A stretch of DNA of 64,000 bases, taken from contig CAZDUS010000001.1 in NCBI GenBank assembly GCA_964508705.1, positions 80,799 through 144,798 on the forward strand. Direction: 5' to 3'. This DNA is from an uncultured Verrucomicrobiota bacterium (GTDB taxonomy: Bacteria; Verrucomicrobiota; Kiritimatiellia; CAIKKV01; CAITUY01). Positions 17,914 through 28,620 of the stretch are shown piece after piece; position 1 is the first letter of the stretch, and each line of letters begins with the position of its first letter. The translations under genes were made by a program, and so were the position numbers. The notes beneath the pieces were generated by a model. The model saw nothing but the letters and a program-made list of their open reading frames with translations. It did not search any database and was not told where the DNA came from.

Positions 17914-19464
17914 TCATCGCCCCTTGAAACGACACGCCAACCGGATCCCATCCGCCGCGCTCGAAACAATCCCGCCCGCATACCCCGCCCCCTCACCAAT
18001 CGGATACAAGCCCGACATGGTCAGCGACTGATAGGTCTCGTTATCCCTCAATATTCTCACCGGCGCTGACGTCCCTGTCTCCGGCGCCACCAATACCCCA
18101 TTCTGGATAAACCCGCGAATCTGATGGTCAAACTGGGTGAATCCGAATCTCAACCCCTCGGCAACGAGTGCCGGCAATAGCGTGTTGAGATCAGCATCAA
18201 AAGTCCCGGGCCGATACGAACTCTTCCCCGCCTTCCCCATTCTGCCCGCCATGAAATCACGAAGGTTCTGGGCTGGCGCCACTTGGGGCCCCGCCCCATG
18301 GCAAACTTCCTCCATCCGCCGCCGAAAATCCAATCCCGCCAACGGATGCTCCGGTAAATCCGCCGGAAGCACCGAGACCACAATCGCGCCGTTGGTGACA
18401 ATCCCGCTTCGTTCACTCCAACTCATGCCATTCACGCACACATGCCCAGCACGACTGCTGGCGTTGATAATTTCCCCGCCCGGACACACACAGAAGCTAT
18501 ACACCCCGCGCCCGTCCCTCGTCGTCGCCGTCAGCTTGTAATCCGCTGGCCCAGTCAGCCCCGTGTCAAACCCGCGCCCGAATTGCCACTCATCAATGAA
18601 GCCCCGCGGATGCTCCACCCGCGCCCCCACCGCAAACGGCTTCTTCTCCATGGCCACACCGCCATCAAACAACTCCTTGTATAACTCATCCGCGCTATGC
18701 CCGATCGCCAGTATCACTCCATCCGACACGCACACACCTTTGTCCGAAATCACCTCCAGGCGATTCCCACGCCCGCTCCGAACCCCCGTCACCGCCCACC
18801 CGTACCGGATTTCAACTCCTTGCTCCACCAACTGCTTCGTGATCGCCGGAATGATCGTCCGTAATTGATCACTGCCCAGATGTGGCTTGGCCTGATAACC
18901 AATGCGCGGGTCCGCGCCAAAAGCAATGAGCGCCTTGTGGAAATAATCCGTCTCCGCGCTCTGGTTGCGAGCCGTCAGCTTCCCGTCGGAAAAAGCCCCC
19001 GCCCCACCCTCGCCAAACAACACGTTGCTATGCTCATCCAGCGCCCCCGATTCCGCGATCGCCCTCACATCCGCCAACCTCTCACCCACCGGCTTCCCCT
19101 GCTCAAGAATCAACGGCCGATACCCCTTCCGCACTAGCACCAAAGCGCAAAGCAGACCGGCCGGACCAAGCCCGACAATAATAGGCCGCTCCTCAGGCTG
19201 GTGAATCCCGCCCGCTAAATCCAGCTCCGGAAAAACATATTCCTTAAATCCGCCCGGAACCGAATCATCCCGCAACCGGACCGCCAACGTGTAAACCCGG
19301 TGGATTCGCACTTTCTTCCGCGCATCAAGCGCTTCCCGCAGAATCACAACATCCCGGATATCCTCACGGCTCACCTTCAGTTTCCTGGCCGCGAGCCCAA
19401 TCACCGGACTCCGGTCATGCAATTCCTGTTCAACATTTGAAAGCACGAAGTAAGCCATGGTCAT
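17914..19464 (-). CDS. FAD-dependent oxidoreductase of the COG2509 type
   Basis: 516 aa with the dinucleotide fold IIVGLGPAGLLCAL and C-terminal YPIGEGAGYAGGI. The start overlaps the upstream stop (ATGA). Confidence 0.75.
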   Translation of the reverse strand: MTMAYFVLSNVEQELHDRSPVIGLAARKLKVSREDIRDVVILREALDARKKVRIHRVYTLAVRLRDDSVPGGFKEYVFPELDLAGGIHQPEERPIIVGLGPAGLLCALVLVRKGYRPLILEQGKPVGERLADVRAIAESGALDEHSNVLFGEGGAGAFSDGKLTARNQSAETDYFHKALIAFGADPRIGYQAKPHLGSDQLRTIIPAITKQLVEQGVEIRYGWAVTGVRSGRGNRLEVISDKGVCVSDGVILAIGHSADELYKELFDGGVAMEKKPFAVGARVEHPRGFIDEWQFGRGFDTGLTGPADYKLTATTRDGRGVYSFCVCPGGEIINASSRAGHVCVNGMSWSERSGIVTNGAIVVSVLPADLPEHPLAGLDFRRRMEEVCHGAGPQVAPAQNLRDFMAGRMGKAGKSSYRPGTFDADLNTLLPALVAEGLRFGFTQFDHQIRGFIQNGVLVAPETGTSAPVRILRDNETYQSLTMSGLYPIGEGAGYAGGIVSSAADGIRLACRFKGR

Positions 19465-19838
19465 CCCAAATCCCTGTCTTCCAATCCATCCTCGTCCAAG
19501 CCAAGATAATGCCCAAGTTCATGCAGATAAGTGCGACGCACCTCCCTCAAAAACTCAGACTCATCTCCATCCACCTCTTCACGGATCACGTCCAGAAACA
19601 AGATGATCTGCGACGGCACGTCAGCTCCCGATGACGTTTCTTCCTCAAACGATGGCCCCACGAACAACCCCATCGTGTCGGGAGTAATCCCCTCATCAAT
19701 CAATCCCCGACTCGGCTGTGCTTCATAAGTGACCGGCAAAGCCCCGACTTCCTTTCGCAGGCGGACAGGCAAACGTCCAATCGTCCGTGCCACTTCCTTC
19801 TCCGCCAACTCCAGCCACCGGCTCCACCCCTCCTTCAC
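19461..19838 (-). CDS. Small zincin-like metallopeptidase family protein
   Basis: 125 aa with HELGHYLG (HExxH). It has a GTG start that overlaps the Nif3 stop. Confidence 0.6.
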   Translation of the reverse strand: MKEGWSRWLELAEKEVARTIGRLPVRLRKEVGALPVTYEAQPSRGLIDEGITPDTMGLFVGPSFEEETSSGADVPSQIILFLDVIREEVDGDESEFLREVRRTYLHELGHYLGLDEDGLEDRDLG

Positions 19839-20593
19839 AGCCGAATCCCCATATCAATGAATTCCGTCTCCACACCAAACCGCTTCCTCAACAATCCCGC
19901 CACGGCCTTGACCCCGAATCCCTCCGTCGCATAATGCCCGCCAAAAAACGCATTGATCCCATACTCCTGCGCCAGATTATGCGCTTTCAATTTAGGCTCA
20001 CCGCTCACATAAACGTCGATCCCCTTCTCCCCTGCCTCGACAATCTGGTCCGCCGCTCCGCCGGAAACCACCGCCACGGTCCGCACAGCGCGCTTACCGA
20101 AATCCAATGAGCAAACCGTATTGCCAAACAACCGGTGCGCCTGCTTCTTAAAGTCGGCATAGGGCATAGTCTTCGGCAGTTCCCCGCTGAATCCAAGCGC
20201 CATGCCGTGATAATCCCCGAACGGTTGCAGGCGTCGCAACCCGAACCCCTTGCAGATTTGCGCGTTATTCCCCAACACCGGATGCGCGTCCAGCGGCAGA
20301 TGGCAACCATACACCGCCATATTATGATCCATCAGGAACTTGATCCGCCGGTAATTAAGGTCTGTGATCCGCTTCAGCGAATCCCCCCAGCTCAATCCGT
20401 GATGACAAATCAGCAAGTCCGCCTTGTGTTCCGCCGCTCGCTTAAAGAATGCCAGCGAGGCATCCACGCCAACGCAGACACGTTTAATCGGCCCGGCATT
20501 TTCAACCTGCAACCCATTATGCGAATCATCCTTAAACGCCGCCACGTTCAAAGTCTTATCCAAAAACGAAACGATGGCATTCAGTGTTGTCAT
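19835..20593 (-). CDS. Nif3-like dinuclear metal centre protein
   Basis: 252 aa with ICHHGLSWG and C-terminal GGHYATE. Confidence 0.85.
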   Translation of the reverse strand: MTTLNAIVSFLDKTLNVAAFKDDSHNGLQVENAGPIKRVCVGVDASLAFFKRAAEHKADLLICHHGLSWGDSLKRITDLNYRRIKFLMDHNMAVYGCHLPLDAHPVLGNNAQICKGFGLRRLQPFGDYHGMALGFSGELPKTMPYADFKKQAHRLFGNTVCSLDFGKRAVRTVAVVSGGAADQIVEAGEKGIDVYVSGEPKLKAHNLAQEYGINAFFGGHYATEGFGVKAVAGLLRKRFGVETEFIDMGIRL

Positions 20594-20896
20594 AATAATC
20601 CTCTCTTACCGCCCGTGTTCTGAAGTTCACGATCACAATTATCTACAGGATTACCGCCGCCACTACCAGAGTTCCCTGTCGGCTTGGGACACACCTACGA
20701 TTAGGTAAACGGATACCCCTGATAGGGACGCACCTCCGGCGGAATTCGGCGGAATTAATTGCCCCCCCTTCTCCCCATCATGGAAAACGACAGGGTGTCG
20801 TGGCGCATAATGGGACATTTGGGGACACAATGAATCAATCAACGCCGCTCGCAGGTGGGCTATTCCCTTTCCCGTCCTTGATCCGCTCGTGGCGCT

Positions 20897-22940
<2,044 letters not shown>

Positions 22941-23043
22941 AAACCCTGCCCAACCCTCTTCATTGTTTTCCGCCTCCCGAAATCCATCCGCCACCGTCGG
23001 CGAGGAAAGATCCCCGGAAAAGCTGTAACTTTAATCGCAAACG

Positions 23044-25110
23044 TTATTCAGGAAAAGTCTTCTTTTCTCCGTTATTCCTCATCTGGCCCCATGGCAGAAG
23101 CGCAATGACCGCCACCAACGCCACCAATCCCGACACTCCCAAGGCCATCACAATCTGCAGCGGCGTCTCATGCCACCGTTCCGCCGCCAGCACATACCCC
23201 GCCGCGCAAACCCCCAGGGGAAGCGCCACAATAAACCGATGTTGCGCCACCTCGTAAGTGAGCAGGGCTGATAATAACGCCAGCGGTGTCAACGCCAGCA
23301 CCATACCCCTGACAACCGGAATCAGTCCGGGATCCGCCGTACCCGCCAGCAAGCGAAGCATGAAGCCTGGGAAAATCATGAAGAAACCGCCTGTTATCGC
23401 CACAATGATCAACATCAACATCACTCCCTTGAGCAATGTCCTTCCGTTGGCATACGATGCCTCGCCCCCGGAGGCTACCTTCGGGAATAGAGCCGCCGCA
23501 ATGGGTTGCGGCAGGAAAAAGACAATCCTGGCCACCATCGCCGCCTTGGCGAATAGCCCCGCTTGTGTCGCGTCAAAATAATGTTTCACCAACACCAGGT
23601 CGGCATTGCTCAACACCGCAAACCCCGCAAAGGCCGCCATGTACCCTCCCATATACTTCAAGGCATGCCGCCACCCCACCACTCCGTCAGCTTCAGTCCT
23701 GTTCGAGGGCACCTCAACTCCACGGGCCAGAATGGCCTGCTTGATGGCATGGCCACACAGAATCAATCCTGTGACGGCGCCAGCAAATATGCAGAATCCA
23801 TGCACGCTCAGCACTCCCACCGCGCCCGCACCCATCATCACCACCCCAGTCCCCAACAACAGCCGCAGCACGTTGCCGCCGTTCCCTATGGCTGTTGCCC
23901 ACCCAAACGCCTGCACCCCCGTCAGAACCCCATTGGGCACCGCGGAATACACCCCAACCACTAACGTCGCGGCCACCACATAAATCGGACCCAAGCTTGT
24001 CAGATTGAAATAGGAACCCAGGTTTTGCCGACCAATCAAAACAGCCAGAAACAGTAATGCCGCAGGTGCCGCCAAACCCTTCATCATTTTGCCCATCAAC
24101 ACCCGCGCCAGATCAGGGCGTTTCGCCTGCATGAACCTGGCCACAAAATGCGTCGCCGTTCCGCTCAGGGCCCCCAGCGGCATACTGACCCCCATCATCA
24201 AACCCAACATCGCCGCCATCACCCCATAATCGGCATCCGAAAGCATACGGACCATCACCAACTGGAAAAGCAGGTTGCAGACATTTCCAATCTGGGCGCC
24301 AATCATCAACACCAGGCTGTGGAATAATAGGTGGTCGCGTTCAAGGCCCGCTGGATTAAACACCCGTCCCAATGTCCGATCATAAATGTGGACCATCCCA
24401 TGAAATGGTGAATGCATGATCCGTAACCGGATCAACGCCAACAGCATTTCCGTCGAAGCCCGGACAACTTGCACCTTGGAGCCCTCGACATCACGCCACA
24501 CCGTCGGAATCTCAAGAATCCGCTCCCCTGCCCTCCTCAACTGGAACAACAGATCAACATCAAAGGCCCACTGCGTGATCCCCAGTTTGGGCAACACCTT
24601 CAGCACAGCATCACGACGCATCAACTTGGCCCCGCATTGGGTATCCGTCAGCTTCAATCCAAACAACATCCGGGTAATCCAATTGAAAATCCGTGAGGCC
24701 ACCCGCCGGTCAAGCGGTTGACGCGGACTGACCTGCGCCCCATCACACCAGCGCGAGGCAATAATCCCGCCCGCATTCCCGATGTGTTCCACCAAATCTT
24801 GAAAAGCCTCCGGTGGCGTGGCTCCATCCGCATCAACAAACCCGACCAGTTCTCCGCGTGCCTCCCGGAACCCGAGCATCACCGCCCCGCCCTTGCCAAT
24901 CGCCATCGGCTCCACAACAACCCGCAACATCGGATATTGCTGCTGATAAGCGGACACCACCCGTTCCGTCCCGTCCGTGGACCCGTTGATAACAACAACG
25001 ATTTCCCCTTCCGCTCCGTAACGACTTGAAAAATAAGGAAGATACGCATCGAGCATTTTCCCGATTCGGGTTTCCTCGTTATGAGCGGGGACAATGATGG
25101 TTAGCCGCAT
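23044..25110 (-). CDS. Fusion of a GT2 polyprenyl-phosphate glycosyltransferase with a MOP/Wzx-type flippase domain
   Basis: From ATG 25110 the GT2 part reads MRLTIIVPAHNEE...VDADG...TDTQCGAK. The same frame continues through about 12 predicted TM helices typical of polysaccharide-biosynthesis (Wzx/MurJ superfamily) proteins. Confidence 0.75.
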   Translation of the reverse strand: MRLTIIVPAHNEETRIGKMLDAYLPYFSSRYGAEGEIVVVINGSTDGTERVVSAYQQQYPMLRVVVEPMAIGKGGAVMLGFREARGELVGFVDADGATPPEAFQDLVEHIGNAGGIIASRWCDGAQVSPRQPLDRRVASRIFNWITRMLFGLKLTDTQCGAKLMRRDAVLKVLPKLGITQWAFDVDLLFQLRRAGERILEIPTVWRDVEGSKVQVVRASTEMLLALIRLRIMHSPFHGMVHIYDRTLGRVFNPAGLERDHLLFHSLVLMIGAQIGNVCNLLFQLVMVRMLSDADYGVMAAMLGLMMGVSMPLGALSGTATHFVARFMQAKRPDLARVLMGKMMKGLAAPAALLFLAVLIGRQNLGSYFNLTSLGPIYVVAATLVVGVYSAVPNGVLTGVQAFGWATAIGNGGNVLRLLLGTGVVMMGAGAVGVLSVHGFCIFAGAVTGLILCGHAIKQAILARGVEVPSNRTEADGVVGWRHALKYMGGYMAAFAGFAVLSNADLVLVKHYFDATQAGLFAKAAMVARIVFFLPQPIAAALFPKVASGGEASYANGRTLLKGVMLMLIIVAITGGFFMIFPGFMLRLLAGTADPGLIPVVRGMVLALTPLALLSALLTYEVAQHRFIVALPLGVCAAGYVLAAERWHETPLQIVMALGVSGLVALVAVIALLPWGQMRNNGEKKTFPE

Positions 25111-25443
25111 GGCGAGAATAATGCCAAAGCCGCCCCCCAATGAACAAATAAATAAAAGCGCCGTGACCAGATCCGGAACCCTGGGCGCCTTTGGCAACAC
25201 CATCGTCAACGGCCCAAGCCAGAATTGGTCGATTAAGACCGGCGGCGGCGGAATTTCGTCAGTCAAAAGTGGCAACTGGGCTGGCCCGCTCACATGGACA
25301 ATCAAGGAGTCGAAGTGAGGGCGCCGCTTGGCTTCAAATACTTTGGCCACTGCCTCCTCGTTAAATACAGCCACCCCCAGTCCATAAACAGTTTCCGTAG
25401 GGAAAGCCACAATGCCGCTGTTGCGCAAGAGTCCGCCGCCCGC
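25111..25443 (-). pseudogene. Remnant of a Sua5/TsaC (YrdC-domain) gene, truncated at both ends and in frame with the GT2 gene
   Basis: Translation reads AGGGLLRNSGIVAFPTETVYGLGV...FEAKRRPHFDSLIVHV...FWLGPLTMVLPKAPRVPDLVT. This is the central part of a YrdC domain. About 25 N-terminal residues and the C-terminal half are missing. An in-frame stop lies at 25444-25446. Confidence 0.55.
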
Positions 25444-25469
25444 TCAATTGCGCCAGGATCGTTATCTTT

Positions 25470-26048
25470 CTATCGCCTCATTTCGTGGTACGCCAGGATC
25501 CACTCCGCAGCCTCACGGATTACAGGGAGTACGGTTATGTGTGCTGGGATTTCCTGGCGATGATGGGATCCGTGTCCGGTCAGGAGAAAAATTCCGGTTA
25601 CTCCCGCTTCCGCGCCCAATACAGCGTCATGCGGATGATCCCCCACAATAAATGAGCGCTGTAGGTTTACTCCATATTCGCCCGCCGCCTTCTCAAGAAA
25701 ATAGGGCCGGGGCTTGATACAGGCACACTGATCCGCACGCTGGTGGGGACAGCAATAGAGCGCGGAGATGACAACTCCATGCCTGCGCAATTCGTCAACA
25801 ACATGGTCGTTGACCCGCGACACCTCATCGGCCGTCACCACGCCCCGGGAGACCCCCGATTGATTGGTGACAATGAAAAGCAGGAAATGTTCCTGCAGTT
25901 TCTGCAGGGCTCGAACCGTATCCGGATAGAATACGACTTCAGAAGGATGACCGAGATGGCCACGATCCTCGATAATCGTGCCATCCCGGTCCAAAAAAAC
26001 CGCTGGTTTCAGAGTTAACCCTATGACAAGCGGGTTAACAGCCCTCAA
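25470..26048 (-). CDS. gmhB: D-glycero-D-manno-heptose 1,7-bisphosphate phosphatase (HAD-IIIA)
   Basis: Supporting motifs are [25 protein letters not shown] and VGD. The only available start is TTG 26048, which overlaps the pckG stop. Confidence 0.8.
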   Translation of the reverse strand: MRAVNPLVIGLTLKPAVFLDRDGTIIEDRGHLGHPSEVVFYPDTVRALQKLQEHFLLFIVTNQSGVSRGVVTADEVSRVNDHVVDELRRHGVVISALYCCPHQRADQCACIKPRPYFLEKAAGEYGVNLQRSFIVGDHPHDAVLGAEAGVTGIFLLTGHGSHHRQEIPAHITVLPVIREAAEWILAYHEMRR

Positions 26049-27853
26049 AGGCCTATGCGTTTTTTCAGCGCCGCAAGCTGAGCCTTCATACGGGCAGGCA
26101 ACCTGTTGCCGGCTGTATTGAGGTAGGATTCAATCTCCGGCACTTCCGCCTTCCATCCCTCCGCATCAATGCGCAGCAGTTCGGTCACTTCAGCATCGCT
26201 GATCTTCAACCCATTGAGGTCCAGATCGCCCTTGTTCGGCACATAGCCGACCGGCGTCTCCGTGGCACCGATTTTGCCTTCGACGCGCTCGCACATCCAC
26301 TTCAGGACACGGGAATTCTCGCCAAATCCCGGCCACAGCCATTTGCCATCCGGGGATTTCCGGAACCAGTTCGTGTAGAAGATTTTGGGAGCCTTGTCGC
26401 CCACCTTGTCCCCCATGCTGAACCAGTGCTGCCAGTAGTCACCCACGTGGTAACCACAGAACGGCAACATGGCCATCGGGTCGCGCCGAATGGATTTCTT
26501 GACGTCCAACGCGGCGGCGGTGGCCTCGGAGGCGGCCGTGGCGCCCATATACACGCCGTGATCCCAATCATAGGCCTGACTCACAAGCGGCACCAGCGCG
26601 GAGCGGCGCCCGCCAAAGATAAAGATATCGATGGGCACGCCTTTCGGATCTTCCCAGTCGGAACAGATCACTGGACACTGATGCGCGGGAGCAGTGAACC
26701 GGGCATTGGGATGGGCGCCCTTCGCAGGCTTACCATCGGCATCCTTCTTGTCCGGCGTCCAGTCGTTGCCCTTCCAGTCAATGCCGTGCTTGCAGTCAAC
26801 AGCCATTTCCTCCCACCAGACATCACCATCGTCGGTTAGCACGCAGTTCGTGAAGATGGAGTTAGTCTTGATCGTATCCATCGCCATGGGATTGGACTTG
26901 TAGCTGGTACCCGGGGCGACACCGAAGAAACCCGACTCGGGATTGATCGCGCGCAGCCGGCCATCGGGGCCGACCTTCATCCAGGCAATATCGTCGCCAA
27001 TGCATTCGCACTTCCACCCCGGGATCGAGGGCTGGAGCATCGCCAGATTGGTCTTGCCGCAGGCGCTGGGGAAGGCGGCGGCAATGTGAAAACGTTTCCC
27101 CTGGGGATTTGTAAGGCGAAGAATCAGCATATGTTCAGCCATCCAACCCTCACGGCGAGCCATGGTGGAGGCAATGCGCAGGGCGAGACATTTCTTACCC
27201 AGCAGAGCGTTGCCACCGTAACCAGACCCGAAGGACCAGATAAGGTTCTCCTCCGGGAAATGAGCGATATACTTCTTCTCGATCGGAGCGCACGGCCATG
27301 AGGTATCTTTCTGGCCGGGTTCAAGCGGAGCACCCACGGAATGCAAACAGGGGATGAATTCCCCATTCTCACCCAGGGTTTCAAGCACCTTGTTCCCCAC
27401 GCGCGTCATGATGTGCATGTTCACCACAACATAGGGCGAATCAGAGATCTCAACGCCAATTTTCGAAATCGGCGACCCGATGGGACCCATGCTGAAAGGG
27501 ATGACGTACATCGTGCGGCCCTTCATACAGCCGTCGTATAAGGCACGCATGGTTTTCTTTAACTCGACAGGATCAATCCAGTTGTTTGTTGGGCCGGCTT
27601 CTTCCTGGGTTTTTGATGCAATATAGGTGCGGTCCTCGACGCGCGCCACATCGCTCGGATGACTACGAAACAGATAACTGTTCGGTCGCTTCTTCAGGGG
27701 AGTGGCCATGCCGGCGTCGACCATGATCTTGATCATGTTGTCATATTCAGCCTTGGATCCGTCACACCAGTGAATGCTCGCCGGCTGGCAAAGCTTTGCG
27801 ACTTCCTGTACCCATTCGATCAACTTCTGATTCTTGGTTGGTTCTTTTGACAT
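26045..27853 (-). CDS. pckG: Phosphoenolpyruvate carboxykinase (GTP)
   Basis: 602 aa with FPSACGKTN and a GTP-type PEPCK pattern along the full length. Confidence 0.95.
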   Translation of the reverse strand: MSKEPTKNQKLIEWVQEVAKLCQPASIHWCDGSKAEYDNMIKIMVDAGMATPLKKRPNSYLFRSHPSDVARVEDRTYIASKTQEEAGPTNNWIDPVELKKTMRALYDGCMKGRTMYVIPFSMGPIGSPISKIGVEISDSPYVVVNMHIMTRVGNKVLETLGENGEFIPCLHSVGAPLEPGQKDTSWPCAPIEKKYIAHFPEENLIWSFGSGYGGNALLGKKCLALRIASTMARREGWMAEHMLILRLTNPQGKRFHIAAAFPSACGKTNLAMLQPSIPGWKCECIGDDIAWMKVGPDGRLRAINPESGFFGVAPGTSYKSNPMAMDTIKTNSIFTNCVLTDDGDVWWEEMAVDCKHGIDWKGNDWTPDKKDADGKPAKGAHPNARFTAPAHQCPVICSDWEDPKGVPIDIFIFGGRRSALVPLVSQAYDWDHGVYMGATAASEATAAALDVKKSIRRDPMAMLPFCGYHVGDYWQHWFSMGDKVGDKAPKIFYTNWFRKSPDGKWLWPGFGENSRVLKWMCERVEGKIGATETPVGYVPNKGDLDLNGLKISDAEVTELLRIDAEGWKAEVPEIESYLNTAGNRLPARMKAQLAALKKRIGL

Positions 27854-28053
27854 CTTCTTCTCCTGTTAAGTGCGCCCTTCTCCTTCTCACTCCATTCTCA
27901 ACCAGCACATCATTCAGCATGCTGGCCCGAATTTGGGGGCGCAGTCTAGGGATCGAGCCTGCTGAAAACAAGCCTAAAAGCAGGTTTTTTCCTGAATCAG
28001 AATCAGGAACACCCTGATGGTGTATTTAGCCTCGATATTGTACAAGACAGCCT

Positions 28054-28287
28054 ATGAAAACAAGCTTTCACGCATGGATGTCCGGGGCCGCAATGGCTCT
28101 GTCTTCAGGTTTAGCCAAGGCGTCGGATGTCGCCGAAGCCCACCAATTGAGTTCAGGCACCATTGGAACCATGGCGCAATCCCACCCCGTGCTAACTGTG
28201 TTCATCCATGTAGTGATTACCATCCTGGTCGTGGGTGCCATAGCCACTGTCTTTTCCGTCCTCGTCAACCCCCAGTCTTCCCGCTGA
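28054..28287 (+). CDS. Possible small exported/anchored protein (signal peptide plus C-terminal TM)
   Basis: 77 aa with MKTSFHAWMSGAAMALSSGLAKA and the C-terminal helix VLTVFIHVVITILVVGAIATVFSVLV. A REP cluster follows it, as REPs typically sit at gene 3' ends. I recognise no homologue and the RBS is weak. Confidence 0.3.
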   Translation: MKTSFHAWMSGAAMALSSGLAKASDVAEAHQLSSGTIGTMAQSHPVLTVFIHVVITILVVGAIATVFSVLVNPQSSR

Positions 28288-28352
28288 GGTTCACACATCG
28301 ACAAGGGGTTCCCTGTCAGTTTGTTTGGCAAGAATTGAGGGGATTTGCATTC

Positions 28353-28518
28353 GTTGCGCAGGGTTTAGCCCTGCGAGGAAATTCAAACCAGCACTCGAAT
28401 AATCCCTTCTTTATGCCACCGGATGAACTGATTCAGGCCAAACTAAAGGCGCAGGCGTAAAGCCTGCGCTACCGGAATGGATTGGATTTGTATTGGTAGC
28501 GCAGGGTTTAGCCCTGCG
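28353..28518. repeat. Cluster of three REP-like hairpins in +, -, + orientation (BIME-like)
   Basis: 28353-28375 reads GTTG CGCAGGG-TTTAG-CCCTGCG. 28449-28472 reads GCGCAGGC-GTAAA-GCCTGCGC followed by TAC, which is GTAG on the minus strand. 28496-28518 reads GTAG CGCAGGG-TTTAG-CCCTGCG. Confidence 0.65.
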
Positions 28519-28620
28519 AGGGTTTGGGTTCAGGGATTTTGGGTTCGCTGTTGAATCCTTGGCGCAATTCCATATAGTTACCCCCTTTGCCGCACAACAG
28601 CGTTAAGAAAGCGGATTACC

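Noticed and set aside
20594-20896. 300-nt gene-free gap after fcl, containing a tandem 10-mer (CGGCGGAATT x2 at 20737-20756), considered as a possible sRNA, riboswitch or tRNA locus
   Set aside because: I could see no tRNA T-arm signature, no SRP, RNase P or tmRNA motifs, and no convincing conserved-looking structure. I left it unannotated.
25111-25428. Treating the YrdC-like segment as a genuine third domain of the GT2-flippase protein
   Set aside because: The segment lacks both ends of the YrdC fold. Only a TTG start is available, and a normal ATG with the canonical GT2 N-terminus (MRLTIIVPAHNEE) follows. I call it a remnant, but this is not proven.
27959-27991. Plus-strand terminator-like hairpin (CCTGCT-15 nt-AGCAGG followed by TTTTTT) in the pckG upstream region, possibly ending a small RNA
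   Set aside because: There is no + strand gene or recognisable promoter upstream. The stem is only 6 bp with a large loop. It may simply be part of the pckG promoter region. RNA-seq would settle it.
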